DNA of 38,165 bases, taken from the NCBI GenBank assembly GCA_965649115.1, contig CBFGJN010000014.1, positions 1 through 38,165 of the forward strand. Direction: 5' to 3'. Under the pieces are notes generated by a model. That model saw only the letters and a program-made list of their open reading frames with translations. It ran no database searches and was not told the DNA's origin. The position numbers were made by a program, and so were the translations under genes. The DNA is from a candidate division WOR-3 bacterium (GTDB lineage Bacteria > Hydrothermota > Hydrothermia > LBFQ01 > DSFT01). Of the stretch, positions 29,253 through 37,921 are shown piece after piece. Every line of letters begins with the position of its first letter. Positions within the stretch are counted from its first letter, which is position 1.

Positions 29253-31499
29253 CTACCTTAACATTCTTCTACCTGTACTTTCAATTTCAGTTTCTCTCTT
29301 AGAAGGAGGTTTAAATTGCTTACTAAAATTATATTGTAAAACAAAATTTAAATTTACACGTTCAAAATTATTGTACTTATAGGTAGAGTAATTATTTCCT
29401 TTGATATTTATTTCATACTTATAAATTCTAAAAGGGTCTTGTGCCATAAGGATTAATGAAAAGTTTTTTAATTGTGTCATAAAAGCTATTTCGCTATACA
29501 TTTGAGGTCCATATGTTCCCCAAACTGCCTCTTGAGGAGAAACATAATCAAATCTTGCTTGTATAAATCCTAAAAGAGCAAAAATTGTTAATGATAATGA
29601 GCTACCATATTCACTTGAATTTATATTACTATAAGAATATCTTCTGTAATATGGACTTAAAGCAAGGTTCAACTTTCCATTAAATAAATTAGCTTCAATA
29701 CCTATTGAAGTTCCATAATCATAACCTTTTCCTGCATTTATAAATCTTTTCAAATTAGTCTTGCTTGTACTATCATATGGATATTCCTCTATGTCTATAA
29801 TATTTTCTCTTAATGATGTGTAAATTTCAGGATTTAATGATATATTCCCTAATAATAAATTAGCTCCAAATTCAAGAGCATTTGAATATTCTGGAAGAAC
29901 ATTTATATTACCTTCAACTATTTCAGTTCTCGATTCAATACTTTTCACAGGTAAAAACATAGTTTCATTTGGTCTAAAAATACGACGAGATAAACCAAAA
30001 TAAAAACTATTATTACCATATGGTAAGGATAGGTTAAGTGTTGGGAAAAGAGATAAATATCTAATTTCTATGGGTTGATTTTGTGTGCTAACATTGAAAA
30101 TTCGGTTTATATACTCTAAGCGAAGACCAATTTTATAATTTACATTTCTAAAACTTGAAGACAAAGTGCTATAAAATGCATGAACTTGGTCATTACCTTC
30201 ATAAGTATAGTTTGGAATTTGCGGGAAGTAAGATAAGTTTCTTTCAAATTCGTTTTGAGATTTAGAAGAGAAGATTGATAATTTATAACCTGTATTTAGT
30301 TCAAAATTTCCAAAATTAGTTATATATTTAATCTCACCATATCCATAACCTTGATTGAAGTTTCCAATTGAACGAATATATCCATCAGAAGCACTATCAG
30401 AAGTATTTAGATTTCTTGGAAAATAATAACTATAAAATGTAAGTGAAACTTTATTATTTTCATCAATTTTTCTATCATAACCAAGAAGAAAATTACCCAT
30501 CAAGTAAGATGATTGAAAGTTATTTATAACATTAAAATTATTGTCATTTAAAGTATAAATGTACGAAGAAATAGGTTTGAGATTTTTATAAGTTCCTCCT
30601 AATTCAAATGTAATCTCATCACTTTGAGATGGCAAAAACTTAAAACCTATATTAGTCATTCCTATAATTGCTTGATTCTTAGAGTATCCATTTATAATAA
30701 CACTATCACTTTGAAAAACATATTTACCATAAAGCATCATTTTTAAAATTTGTCTTGTCAATTGTAGTCTTATATATGGTTGAAATTTGCCTGTATTTAA
30801 GCCTATAAGGGCGTTTATATCACCACCAAGATAGGAGTTCAAAGTTCCTTGCAAATTTATACCATATCCACTTTCCTTCCTGCGTTTTAATATAACATTT
30901 ATTATAGCATTTCCTTCTGCATCGTATTCAGCACTTGGATTTGTAATAACTTCTATTCTCTCTATTTGAGATGCTGGTATATCTTTAAGAGTTAGATTTG
31001 TAGGACGTCCATCAACAAGCAAAAGGTACTTATTACTACCTCTAACTTTAACATTACCTTGGGGGTCAACTTCAACGCCTGGAACACCTTTTAAAACATC
31101 AGAGGCACTTCCAGCCTTACCTACAATATCAGCATTTGGTTGAACAACTTTCTTATCCAACTCGTAGCGCACTTTTGAAGGCTTAGCTTCAACTACTACT
31201 TCCTTTGTGGTTATAGGTTTAGGAGATAAAATTATATCCCCTAAATTTGTATCAGCTTTTATTACAAGAGGTCCAATAACCTTCTTCTGATAACCTATGA
31301 ATTCCACAGATAATAGGTATTCGCCAGGTTTGATATCCTTTATTGTGAAGATGCCATCTTCATTAGTATAAGTTCCTCCAATTTGTGAAGAATCTGGAAG
31401 CTTTTGAACAATAACCACTGCATAGGCCATAGGCTTAGCGCTTTCTTCATCAACAACCTTTCCAGAAATTGTCAAACTTATTAGAATCGTCAATGCCAT
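29253..31499 (-). CDS. TonB-dependent receptor-like outer-membrane beta-barrel in the lanthipeptide cluster
   Basis: Carboxypeptidase-regulatory-like N-terminus, plug LKGVPGVEVD...IERIEVITNPSAEYDAEG and barrel motifs LFPTLNL and GN..V.PEYS. Confidence 0.85.
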   Translation of the reverse strand: MALTILISLTISGKVVDEESAKPMAYAVVIVQKLPDSSQIGGTYTNEDGIFTIKDIKPGEYLLSVEFIGYQKKVIGPLVIKADTNLGDIILSPKPITTKEVVVEAKPSKVRYELDKKVVQPNADIVGKAGSASDVLKGVPGVEVDPQGNVKVRGSNKYLLLVDGRPTNLTLKDIPASQIERIEVITNPSAEYDAEGNAIINVILKRRKESGYGINLQGTLNSYLGGDINALIGLNTGKFQPYIRLQLTRQILKMMLYGKYVFQSDSVIINGYSKNQAIIGMTNIGFKFLPSQSDEITFELGGTYKNLKPISSYIYTLNDNNFNVINNFQSSYLMGNFLLGYDRKIDENNKVSLTFYSYYFPRNLNTSDSASDGYIRSIGNFNQGYGYGEIKYITNFGNFELNTGYKLSIFSSKSQNEFERNLSYFPQIPNYTYEGNDQVHAFYSTLSSSFRNVNYKIGLRLEYINRIFNVSTQNQPIEIRYLSLFPTLNLSLPYGNNSFYFGLSRRIFRPNETMFLPVKSIESRTEIVEGNINVLPEYSNALEFGANLLLGNISLNPEIYTSLRENIIDIEEYPYDSTSKTNLKRFINAGKGYDYGTSIGIEANLFNGKLNLALSPYYRRYSYSNINSSEYGSSLSLTIFALLGFIQARFDYVSPQEAVWGTYGPQMYSEIAFMTQLKNFSLILMAQDPFRIYKYEINIKGNNYSTYKYNNFERVNLNFVLQYNFSKQFKPPSKRETEIESTGRRMLR

Positions 31500-31534
31500 A
31501 CCTAATAATTAACGAAAAAGACTATAAAAAAGTT

Positions 31535-33073
31535 TCAAGTTAAATTCCATAACTTTCCTTCTTTTATTTCAAAAATTTTATCAAAATCTTTAAATAAACT
31601 TTCATAACTGTGAGTCACTACAATAATTGTTTTCTCTCTTAAAAGGGATAAAATTTTATTAGCAACTTTTGGAACGCTTTCCTTATCAATATTTTCAAAA
31701 GGTTCGTCAAAAATGTAGCAATCAGCTGGTTTTGAGAGTGTTAAAGCAATAGAAAATTTCTTATATTGACCAGCAGATAATTGTGAAGGTTTTCTATCCG
31801 TAGGCAATTCAAAATACTTTAAAAGTTCTAATAAAACCTCCTTGTTAAAAATTTCAATAATATTCAGATATTCAAAGATGGGAATGTCTGGTATATATTT
31901 AGGCAATAGAGATATATCATTAAATGTAATAACTTCACCATGCTTAGGCTCTAATAAACCTGCAATTATTTTAAGTAAAGTGCTTTTACCTGAACCATTT
32001 GGACCTACTATTAAAATTTTTTCTCCTTTGTAAATTTCTAAATTTATTCCTTTAATTATTTCTTGGGAATCATAAGAGAAATAAACATTTTTCAAAATTA
32101 TTAAATTCCCTCTTTTTACTCCATCTGTTTTGGAAATTTCCAAAACTTCATCAATCCTTCTTAATTGAGAAAATCTACTTATTGCCTCTGAAACTGAATC
32201 GAAAATTACACCAAGAGAAGAATAAAAAGGATAATATGCAGAGAAGAAACCAAAGAAATCACCAGCTGTTATCTTTCCAATAAACAAGAGGTAAATGTTT
32301 ATGCCAATAAAAGTTATTTGAACAATAACATTAGCAATTCTACTTAAAAGTTCATAGTTTTGGTTAATTTTTGTGAATTTATATAAGGTATTTAAAAATT
32401 CAGAGGCATACAAAAGAATATGATAAGTAATAAACTTAATGAGATTAAATATGTTTATAAATTCAAAGGATTTTAATGCATCAGCTAAAACTCCCCTAAG
32501 TTGTGCCTCCGTTTCCATCCTTTTTACTGACAAACTGGCAACTTTATTTTGAAAGCTTAATGTTATAACGAAGGATATTATAAGCATAGGAATAATTACA
32601 ATTGTTGAAATTGGTGATAGAATAATCATAGCTATTAAACGGGATATTAAGCTCATAATAGAGCTTGAAATTGTAAAAATCAATGATAATATAGATATTA
32701 TAATCTCTTGTGGCTCTTCATATATACGACTTAAATAATAACCTGTGTCCCTTTTAGAAACTTCCAAGTATGGCAAGCGATAATAATATGGTAGTAATTT
32801 TTCTAAAATATAAAACCTAATTTTGTTTTCAAATTTAGTTCTAAAAAGCATATAAAAATATTCTACTATTAATACAAAAAATCCCAAAATAACAAATATA
32901 GAGAAAAATACTAAAAATTTATAAAAATTCTTCTCCTGTAATGCAATATCAAAAAGGTACTTTTGAATGATAGGCTCAAAAAAGCCAATTGTTGGAAATA
33001 ATATAACTAATAGGAAGAGAATAAAAAGTATAGATAAAATAAATTTTTTAATAACTTCCTTTAAAAGTCCCAT
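31535..33073 (-). CDS. ABC exporter (fused permease/ATPase), LanT-like without a peptidase domain
   Basis: TM domain plus GPNGSGKST, LSAGQ, DEP and VTH. Overlaps the lanKC 3' end. Confidence 0.9.
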   Translation of the reverse strand: MGLLKEVIKKFILSILFILFLLVILFPTIGFFEPIIQKYLFDIALQEKNFYKFLVFFSIFVILGFFVLIVEYFYMLFRTKFENKIRFYILEKLLPYYYRLPYLEVSKRDTGYYLSRIYEEPQEIIISILSLIFTISSSIMSLISRLIAMIILSPISTIVIIPMLIISFVITLSFQNKVASLSVKRMETEAQLRGVLADALKSFEFINIFNLIKFITYHILLYASEFLNTLYKFTKINQNYELLSRIANVIVQITFIGINIYLLFIGKITAGDFFGFFSAYYPFYSSLGVIFDSVSEAISRFSQLRRIDEVLEISKTDGVKRGNLIILKNVYFSYDSQEIIKGINLEIYKGEKILIVGPNGSGKSTLLKIIAGLLEPKHGEVITFNDISLLPKYIPDIPIFEYLNIIEIFNKEVLLELLKYFELPTDRKPSQLSAGQYKKFSIALTLSKPADCYIFDEPFENIDKESVPKVANKILSLLREKTIIVVTHSYESLFKDFDKIFEIKEGKLWNLT

Positions 33074-35583
33074 AGTGTTCGTGATTCTCTTCTATCCTTA
33101 AATCTAAGTAGGAAATCCAATACACCAGCAGAACCTGTACCCCAATCGTCTGTAAAATCTTGATAATTATCCGTAGGATATAATATTTCCCCATTTTCAC
33201 TTTCAAAAGCAAACAACCTTAATCCATCCAATACCTTACTTATTCTTGTTCTCTTTCCAAGAAATAGTTCAACATCTAAAAGACTTTCGCCTAATCCTGC
33301 TAACCCCAAAAGTTGCCCACTAAAAATTGTAAATTTTCTCTCTAAATCGGGTAAAGCCCTGTTTATATAATCCAAAATCCAATTTTCTTTAAATATCTTA
33401 TATAATCTAACTAAAACCCCTACAACCCCAGCACTACCATATTCAACATATGGTAATAGCGTAGTGCGACCCTCTTCACTTGGCCAGCTTAGGTATCCAT
33501 TTACTTCTCTTCCTGCTTTTAAAGTGTGTTTTAGGAACTTAAAGGATGCTTCTTTTACCCTTTCATCTCTAACAATTTCGTACAATTTTCCAAGAAATAG
33601 AGATATACCTGCTCCACCATGACCATAACCAAACTTTATTGAACCATCAAATGAAGGCAAGAAAAGCGTACCATTATCTTCCTTAGCATTTCTCAAAAGC
33701 CATTCATAACATTTCATAGCCTCTTTAAGAAAAATTTCTTCTTTTGTCCCATAATAAAACTTTAAGTTAGTAAATCCATATCCAGCGACACCGTAGAATA
33801 TACCTCCATCCCCGTAAATTAATTTATGTTCCCAAGCCTTTTTTAGAATACTTATTGACTCCTCAAACATTCCCATGTCCCACAAAGTCCAAGCCAATCC
33901 ACATAAACCAACATACAAACCTGGCGGTGTCTCATCCTTCTCAAGTTTCAAAATCATATCAAGCCAATCTTTTGGGGGTGAAATATTTAAGCGTTTGAGA
34001 ACATAGTAAATACCTGTATAACCATAAGCAAATCCAAAAGGAACTAAACCATTCAAATCAGCATAAATTTTAAGATTGTTATTTTTTAATCGTTTAATTA
34101 GTCCGCTTATCAAATTATTAATCTCAATATCAATTTTGGGTTTTCTTGGTCTTTTTAAAACTTTGGCAGTCCCTATTATACGCTTAACTAAAATAGTTGG
34201 TTTATTACGAACATTTGGATTATTAGACAAATTTTTTTTGACAATCTCCTTTATAGTCTTAGGCAATTTATATTCGTAAAGTAAGTTTTCAAAAAATTGG
34301 TCCCAAAGTTTTGGTGCCAAATGGAATAGATGATTATTTGTAAAAAGAAGTGAATGAATGATCATTGCAAAGGCATAATAATCGTCTTCGTATCTCGGTT
34401 TTTCACCTTTGACAACTTGTGGGGAAGCCATGCCAGGTGTGAAAACATTGTAATAATTATCACTTCCTATAATATAAGCTCCTTCAAAGTCTATAAACTT
34501 AACTTTAAGCGTTTGCAGGTTCAAAAGGATATTATTGGGTGATATATCAACTACCACTATTTTATTAGAATGAAATGTTTCTAAGGCTATTGCAATGTTT
34601 TCAATTATTTTCAAAAACTTATTAAGCCATTCCTCTCTATCCTTATCAGTAGCATTCGTATTTAAAACTGGAGCATATAAAGCCACAAAAGAGCGCAAAT
34701 CTATACCATCAACAAATTCTTCAACCAAAAACCAATGCTCCCATTCTTGAAATAGTTCATAAGGTTTTGGAACTATATCCGTATCTTTCATTCTATTTAA
34801 AATTTCATATTCTTTTTTAAGAAGCATCACAGCATCTGTTCCTTTTTCGTCCATACTTACATATGGTCTTGCCTCTTTTATAACAACCCTGTTTCCACCA
34901 ATTATATCCAAAGCCTCATATACTCCACCATTATTTGAGAATTGTATTGCAGATATAACTTTGTATTTCCCTTTTAGAATAATCTCACGAGGTGGCTTTA
35001 TAGGTTCGTTTCCAAATGGGTCCTCAACCCATGGTGGAATGGAATAATATGGAAGGCGAATGTCATCATAAGGTTTACCATCAGGTGTTAATATAATTGG
35101 AACTTTTGTTCCATCTACTTTTATTCTTTCCCTTAAAACAAATCCTCCATATCTATAATATAACACCCTACAATCCTTGTATCTCATATCAGAAAGAATA
35201 TATGGTCCAACCATATCTTTCAAATTCTCATAAAGTCTTTCCAATAATTCTTTAAATGTTTTATCATCAGGAGGATAAATAGTTATAAATTTACCACTTC
35301 CACCCCTCTGGAATATACGAGAATTACGAAGAGCTAATGTTGATTTATCCTTTAAGAACTTGAAATTTACGCTAAAAGAACATATAATTGGAACCGAAAT
35401 ACGAAGTATCTCCTCTGCATTTAAGACTGTTGCACTTATATGGATTTTCCAACCCTGCTCTGGAAAGTTGTTTTCTTCACTATAACAAAAAATCCAATCA
35501 TTTATAGGACTTAACTTCCAATCTTTCGGAATAATATTTTTAACTAATTCAATAAAATCGTCTACTTCTTCTTTACGAAACAT
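33061..35583 (-). CDS. lanKC: Class III lanthipeptide synthetase (lyase-kinase-cyclase)
   Basis: Lyase QGWKIHIS, SGKFITIYP, GPYILSD, YYRYGGF. Kinase GGVY, VVIKEARP, DISPNN, IDFE. The cyclase lacks Zn ligands (PYVEYGSAG, GQLLGLAG). Confidence 0.93.
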   Translation of the reverse strand: MFRKEEVDDFIELVKNIIPKDWKLSPINDWIFCYSEENNFPEQGWKIHISATVLNAEEILRISVPIICSFSVNFKFLKDKSTLALRNSRIFQRGGSGKFITIYPPDDKTFKELLERLYENLKDMVGPYILSDMRYKDCRVLYYRYGGFVLRERIKVDGTKVPIILTPDGKPYDDIRLPYYSIPPWVEDPFGNEPIKPPREIILKGKYKVISAIQFSNNGGVYEALDIIGGNRVVIKEARPYVSMDEKGTDAVMLLKKEYEILNRMKDTDIVPKPYELFQEWEHWFLVEEFVDGIDLRSFVALYAPVLNTNATDKDREEWLNKFLKIIENIAIALETFHSNKIVVVDISPNNILLNLQTLKVKFIDFEGAYIIGSDNYYNVFTPGMASPQVVKGEKPRYEDDYYAFAMIIHSLLFTNNHLFHLAPKLWDQFFENLLYEYKLPKTIKEIVKKNLSNNPNVRNKPTILVKRIIGTAKVLKRPRKPKIDIEINNLISGLIKRLKNNNLKIYADLNGLVPFGFAYGYTGIYYVLKRLNISPPKDWLDMILKLEKDETPPGLYVGLCGLAWTLWDMGMFEESISILKKAWEHKLIYGDGGIFYGVAGYGFTNLKFYYGTKEEIFLKEAMKCYEWLLRNAKEDNGTLFLPSFDGSIKFGYGHGGAGISLFLGKLYEIVRDERVKEASFKFLKHTLKAGREVNGYLSWPSEEGRTTLLPYVEYGSAGVVGVLVRLYKIFKENWILDYINRALPDLERKFTIFSGQLLGLAGLGESLLDVELFLGKRTRISKVLDGLRLFAFESENGEILYPTDNYQDFTDDWGTGSAGVLDFLLRFKDRRESRTLWDF

Positions 35584-35756
35584 TCAAGACTTAGGGAAGA
35601 TTTAAGGTTTAATCTTCCACGCTTTTTCTTTCCACAACCCGTTCCAAATATGCTTATAGTTGAACAAAAAGAAGCACTCATAGTACTTGTATTATTGCTT
35701 TTTCCATTTTTATCTCCACCTTCAATTAAAGCTTGTAAAGAAAGTACCAAAAACAT
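35562..35756 (-). CDS. Class III lanthipeptide precursor A2 (64 aa, three SxxSx(n)C motifs)
   Basis: Leader VLSLQAL; cores STMSASFC, STISIFGTGC and SSLSLEC; SD AAGGAG. Confidence 0.88.
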   Translation of the reverse strand: MFLVLSLQALIEGGDKNGKSNNTSTMSASFCSTISIFGTGCGKKKRGRLNLKSSLSLECFVKKK

Positions 35757-35794
35757 CCTTTAAACTCCTTTTTTATAAATTTTATTATTTATAA

Positions 35795-35816
35795 TGTGGG
35801 GCATATCCACCCCACA
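35795..35816 (-). promoter_or_regulatory. Stem-loop between the two precursor genes
   Basis: TGTGGGG-N8-CCCCACA about 10 nt after the A1 stop, with only a weak U tract. Confidence 0.55.
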
Positions 35817-35825
35817 ACTTAGGCC

Positions 35826-35954
35826 TCATAGACAAATGAGACTTAGACTTGAACAAAAGGAGTAGCTTGCACTGCTAGGAGCAGGGGGTTTGTTTAGATT
35901 CAACCCATCATCCCCATTTGCCTTTAGTGTTTGTAATGCCAAAACACTACTCAT
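35826..35954 (-). CDS. Class III lanthipeptide precursor A1 (42 aa)
   Basis: Manual translation MSSVLALQTLKANGDDGLNLNKPPAPSSASYSFCSSLSLICL*, with SD AAGGAGG. Not in the ORF track. Confidence 0.9.
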   Translation of the reverse strand: MSSVLALQTLKANGDDGLNLNKPPAPSSASYSFCSSLSLICL

Positions 35955-35969
35955 CTTTTAACCTCCTTT

Positions 35970-36527
35970 TCAACTCGTAATTATTATAATACACTCACAA
36001 TAAGTAAAGTTCTGCGTTATTATACAATTACATATAGCTATAACTCTATTTAACTCTTTTGTATATTTCTTTGAAATCTCAGATAATTTTGATATTGTGC
36101 TTTTAAGTGAAGAACTATCATATATCTTGCTTTCAAGGACAGCTAATTTTTCACTTACAAAAACATCTTTACTTATTGATTTGAGTTCCTTTTCAAAGCT
36201 TTTTACATCCTTTATATTTTCTTTGGGTTTTATAATAATTTCTTCAATTTCTGTAAAGTCGGACTTAAAAAGTTCTTCCAAACCCTTTAAATCATTTATA
36301 TTATATTCTCTAACTATCTGAACTTTTGAAACATTTGAAGTTTGAGTAATTTTCTTTAGAATTTCTTCTATATTACCTGTATCAGAAAGAATTATTGTAA
36401 ATTGTGAAGGCTGAGATTGAAGCTGAGAAAGAATTTGAGAAAGATTTTGAAAATTACCCTCAATTATAAATGTCTTTCTTTGAACTTTCAAAGTATCATC
36501 TAACAAAAATAAAATTAAACTTATCAT
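35970..36527 (-). CDS. Hypothetical exported protein
   Basis: 185-aa ORF with a short hydrophobic N-terminus and two CxC near the C-terminus, tightly packed in the operon. Confidence 0.6.
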   Translation of the reverse strand: MISLILFLLDDTLKVQRKTFIIEGNFQNLSQILSQLQSQPSQFTIILSDTGNIEEILKKITQTSNVSKVQIVREYNINDLKGLEELFKSDFTEIEEIIIKPKENIKDVKSFEKELKSISKDVFVSEKLAVLESKIYDSSSLKSTISKLSEISKKYTKELNRVIAICNCIITQNFTYCECIIIITS

Positions 36528-36542
36528 AATTATAACCTACTT

Positions 36543-37052
36543 TTAAGGTAATTTACAGCAAACACCACATGTGCTACAACCCATACATTCACCCCCACCA
36601 GGACAACAAACAGTTCTATCACTACAAACACAACAACCTGGCAAAACACTCATAATAGTATCTTTTACTGATAAACTATATGAACCAATTTTGATTTGAT
36701 GTAAGTTATTAAAATTTAAGGAAGCTTCTGAGATAGACGCTTTCTCATTCCATAAGCTCTTTATCATATCACAAGATAATTTATTCAAGTTAGAAATGTC
36801 AGATTTTTGAAAAAGCTTAAATTTAATCTCCTTATTTTCTATTTTGGAAAGTAGAATTTCATTGTTTAAATAAATAAGCGAAACAACGCCTTCACTTATA
36901 GCCATTTTCTTATCATTTACCTCTATCCAAAAAAGTTTCTGAAGCTTTGGTTTTGGAAAATTTTGATTTATCTCATCAGACGGTTCGGTTGATTTTTTAG
37001 AACAAGAAATTAGAGCAAGCACTATGAATATACTAGGTATAATATTTTTCAT
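36543..37052 (-). CDS. Lipoprotein with 10-Cys C-terminal domain
   Basis: Lipobox LALISC, SD AAGGAGG and tail CCVCSDRTVCCPGGGECMGCSTCGVCC. Confidence 0.75.
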   Translation of the reverse strand: MKNIIPSIFIVLALISCSKKSTEPSDEINQNFPKPKLQKLFWIEVNDKKMAISEGVVSLIYLNNEILLSKIENKEIKFKLFQKSDISNLNKLSCDMIKSLWNEKASISEASLNFNNLHQIKIGSYSLSVKDTIMSVLPGCCVCSDRTVCCPGGGECMGCSTCGVCCKLP

Positions 37053-37080
37053 AGTTTTAACCTCCTTTTATTATTTAAAA

Positions 37081-37200
37081 GCCCGGGCTACGACCTACTC
37101 TCCCACCCCCTTGCGAGGGTAGTACCATCGGCCCTGGTGGGCTTAACGACCGGGTTCGGAATGGAACCGGGTGTTTCCCCACCGGCATGGTAGCCCGGGT
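37081..37200 (-). rRNA. rrf: 5S rRNA
   Basis: Reverse complement contains CCATTCCGAACCCGGTCGTTAAG, GCCGATGGTACT and GGGAGAGTAGG, with terminal helix CCCGGGCTAC/GTAGCCCGGG. Confidence 0.96.
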
Positions 37201-37209
37201 AAATAAAAA

Positions 37210-37809
37210 TTAGTAAATTATTAGCTTCTTAAAATTACCATTTTCGGTCTTTATCAAATAAACACCATTTTTTAGCTTTAAGGTTTTTAGATTTTCAGTT
37301 TTTCCCTTAAATAAAACCTTTCCTGATAAGTCGTATAGTATAACTTCACTATTTGATAACTTTTCAACTTCAGGTTTGGCAAGAAATGAACGAGAATTAT
37401 CTTTTGTCTTTAAAATAGCCCAACAAGTTCCATCAGAATTGCATTTACAGAATATACCACTACAAGTTGATTTTTCACACTGGCAAGTCGCCTTATCCTG
37501 CTTATTAGGCGATATTACAAAAGCCAAAAATGGAACACATTTGGAGAGAATTAAACCTTTTATATTTTCAAGTTCATTGCTTATTTTTTCTAAGTTAGCT
37601 ATATTAGACTGAATATAATTCTCTATAAAGGAGGTATCTTTAAGCATCACATTTTCATCTATTTCCTTAATCATAAGCTCTAAATATGAATTTAATTTAT
37701 CAAGTGTTTCATTAGAAGGACAGGTATTGGAGGTTTGAATTTCATCCTTCAAGTTCAAAAGCTTATAATATATATCTTCCAAAGATGTTATTATAATGAG
37801 GTTTAACAT
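37210..37809 (-). CDS. Secreted protein with Cys-rich module and T9SS-like CTD, inside the 23S-5S spacer
   Basis: SD AAGGAGG plus ATG 37809 (MLNLIIITS), CQCEKSTCSGIFCKCNSDGTC and C-terminus LYDLSGK...LKNGVYL...KKLII. Confidence 0.8.
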   Translation of the reverse strand: MLNLIIITSLEDIYYKLLNLKDEIQTSNTCPSNETLDKLNSYLELMIKEIDENVMLKDTSFIENYIQSNIANLEKISNELENIKGLILSKCVPFLAFVISPNKQDKATCQCEKSTCSGIFCKCNSDGTCWAILKTKDNSRSFLAKPEVEKLSNSEVILYDLSGKVLFKGKTENLKTLKLKNGVYLIKTENGNFKKLIIY

Positions 37810-37899
37810 AGTTTTACCTCCTTTTTTCAAGTTCAAAAGCTTATAATATATATCTTCCAGATGTTATTATAATGAGATTTAACATAGTTTTACCTCCTT
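37748..37899. repeat. Tandem direct duplication of RBS plus gene start (76/74 bp)
   Basis: 37748-37823 and 37826-37899 differ by a 2-bp deletion and one substitution. Confidence 0.9.
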
Positions 37900-37921
37900 C
37901 TTTTTTATTTTTTTATAAAGA

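Noticed and set aside
33061..35583. Class IV (LanL) assignment
   Set aside because: The cyclase lacks the Cys/Cys/His zinc ligands (no WCHG or CHG), and the precursors have class III LxLQ leaders.
37810..37836. TTG start at 37836 from the ORF track
   Set aside because: The extension comes from the duplicated segment. The SD points to ATG 37809.
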